Source: Malacoraja senta
Taxonomy: Eukaryota
Direction: 5' to 3'
Assembly (NCBI GenBank): GCA_038087875.1
Contig: CM075977.1
Location: forward strand, 168,020,001-168,084,000
Length of the DNA: 64,000 nucleotides
Of the stretch, positions 62,650 through 64,000 are shown in pieces. Below the pieces are notes generated by a model. The model did not search any database, was not told where the DNA came from, and saw nothing but the letters and a program-made list of their open reading frames with translations. The position numbers and the translations under genes are program-made. The first letter of the stretch is position 1; every line of letters starts with the position of its first letter.

Positions 62650-64000
62650 TAGACAATAGACAATAGGCAATAGACAATACGTGCAGGAGTAGGCCATTCG
62701 GCTCTTCGAGCCAGCACCGTCATTCACTGTGATCATGGCTGATCATCCACAATCAGTACCCGTTCCTGCCTTCTCCCCATATTCCTTGACTCCGCTATCA
62801 TTAAGAGCTTAGAATAACTCTCTCTTGAAAGCATCCAGAGAATCGGCCTCCACTGCCATCTGAAGCAGAGAATTCCACAGATTAACAACTCTCTGGGTGA
62901 AAAGGTTTGTCCTCATCTCCGTTCTAAATGGCCTACCCCTTATTCTGAAACTGTGGCCCCTGGTTCTGGACTACCCCAACATCGGGAACATGTTTCCTGC
63001 CTCTAGCATGCCCAATTCCTTAATAATCTTATATGTTTCAATAAGGAACCCTCTCATCCTTCTAAATTCCAGAGTATACAATGTATCCAGTGTATACAGT
63101 GTATCCTGTGAGGTTATCCACTTTGGTGGCAAAAACAGGAAAGTAGACTATTACCTGAATGGTGGCCGATTAGGAAAAGGAGAGATGCAACGAGACCTGG
63201 GTGTCATGGTACACCAGTCATTGAAAGTGGGCATGCAGGTGCAGCAGGCAGTGAAGAAAGTGAATGGTATGTTAGCATTCATAGCGAAAGGATTTGAGTA
63301 TAGGAGCAGGGAGGTTCTACTGCAGTTGTACAGGGCCTTGGTGAGACCACACCTGGAGTATTGCGTACAGTTTTGGTCTCCTAATCTGAGGAAGGACATT
63401 CTTGCCATAGAGGGAGTACAGAGAAGGTTCACCAGACTGATTCCTGGGATGTCAGGACTTTCATATGAGTAAAGACTGGATAGACTCGGCTTGTACTCAC
63501 TGGAATTTATAAGATTGAGGGGGGATCTTATAGAAGCTTACAAAATTCTTAAGGGGTTGGACAGGCTAGATGCAGGAAGATTGTTCGCGATGTTGGGGAA
63601 GTCCAGAACAAGGGGTCACAGTTTAAGGATAAAGGGGAAATCTTTTAGGACTGAGATGAGAAAAACATTTTTTACACAGAGAGTGGTGAATCTCTGGAAT
63701 TCTCTGCCACAGAATGTATTTGAGTTGGATGATCAGCCATGATCATATTGAATGGTGGTGCAGGCTCGAAGGGCCGAATGGCCTACTCCTGCACCTATTT
63801 TCTATGTTTCTATGTTTCTATACAAGCCCCGTCGCTCCATTCTTTCAACATATGACAGACCCGCCATCCCGGGATTTAACCTCGTGAACCTATGCTGCAC
63901 TCCCTCAATAGCCGTAATATCCTTCCTCAAATCTGGAGACCAAAACTCCACACAATACTCCAGTTGAGGTCTCACCAGGGGCCTGTACAACTGCTGAAAG
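62650..64000. mobile_element. Minus-strand CR1 3' end interrupted by a plus-strand CR1 3' fragment (~63082-63818)
   Basis: (atagaca)n and (tttctatg)n tails; LYRALVRPHLEYCVQFWSP; tatacaa duplicated at both junctions. Confidence 0.9.

Overview
Repeat-dense vertebrate genomic DNA. The repeat set (HE1/V-type tRNA SINEs, CR1, Rex1/Babar, Penelope, DIRS1, L1) points to a cartilaginous fish, probably a skate or ray; this is inference. There are two assembly gaps. I found no intact host protein-coding gene I can name. A CpG-rich island at ~17.0-18.3 kb carries the probable last exons and a polyA signal of an unidentified minus-strand gene. Most ORFs in the track are transposon debris or low-complexity artefacts. 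The most striking observation is a ~140-nt retroposed element present twice (28135-28275 and 37321-37447, both minus strand, each with its own target-site duplication). Its 5' ~55 nt fit a minimal HDV/CPEB3-like self-cleaving ribozyme, and the full-length copy starts exactly at the predicted cleavage G. It ends in a stem-loop plus a (GAA)n tail and has no Pol III promoter. Also notable: many Penelope-associated minimal hammerhead motifs in TSD-flanked fold-back insertions, a DIRS1 element whose 5' and 3' halves face opposite ways, a 5-kb L1 with a 13-bp TSD, a 221-bp inverted duplication at a CR1 junction, and a strictly 16/32-bp phased array.
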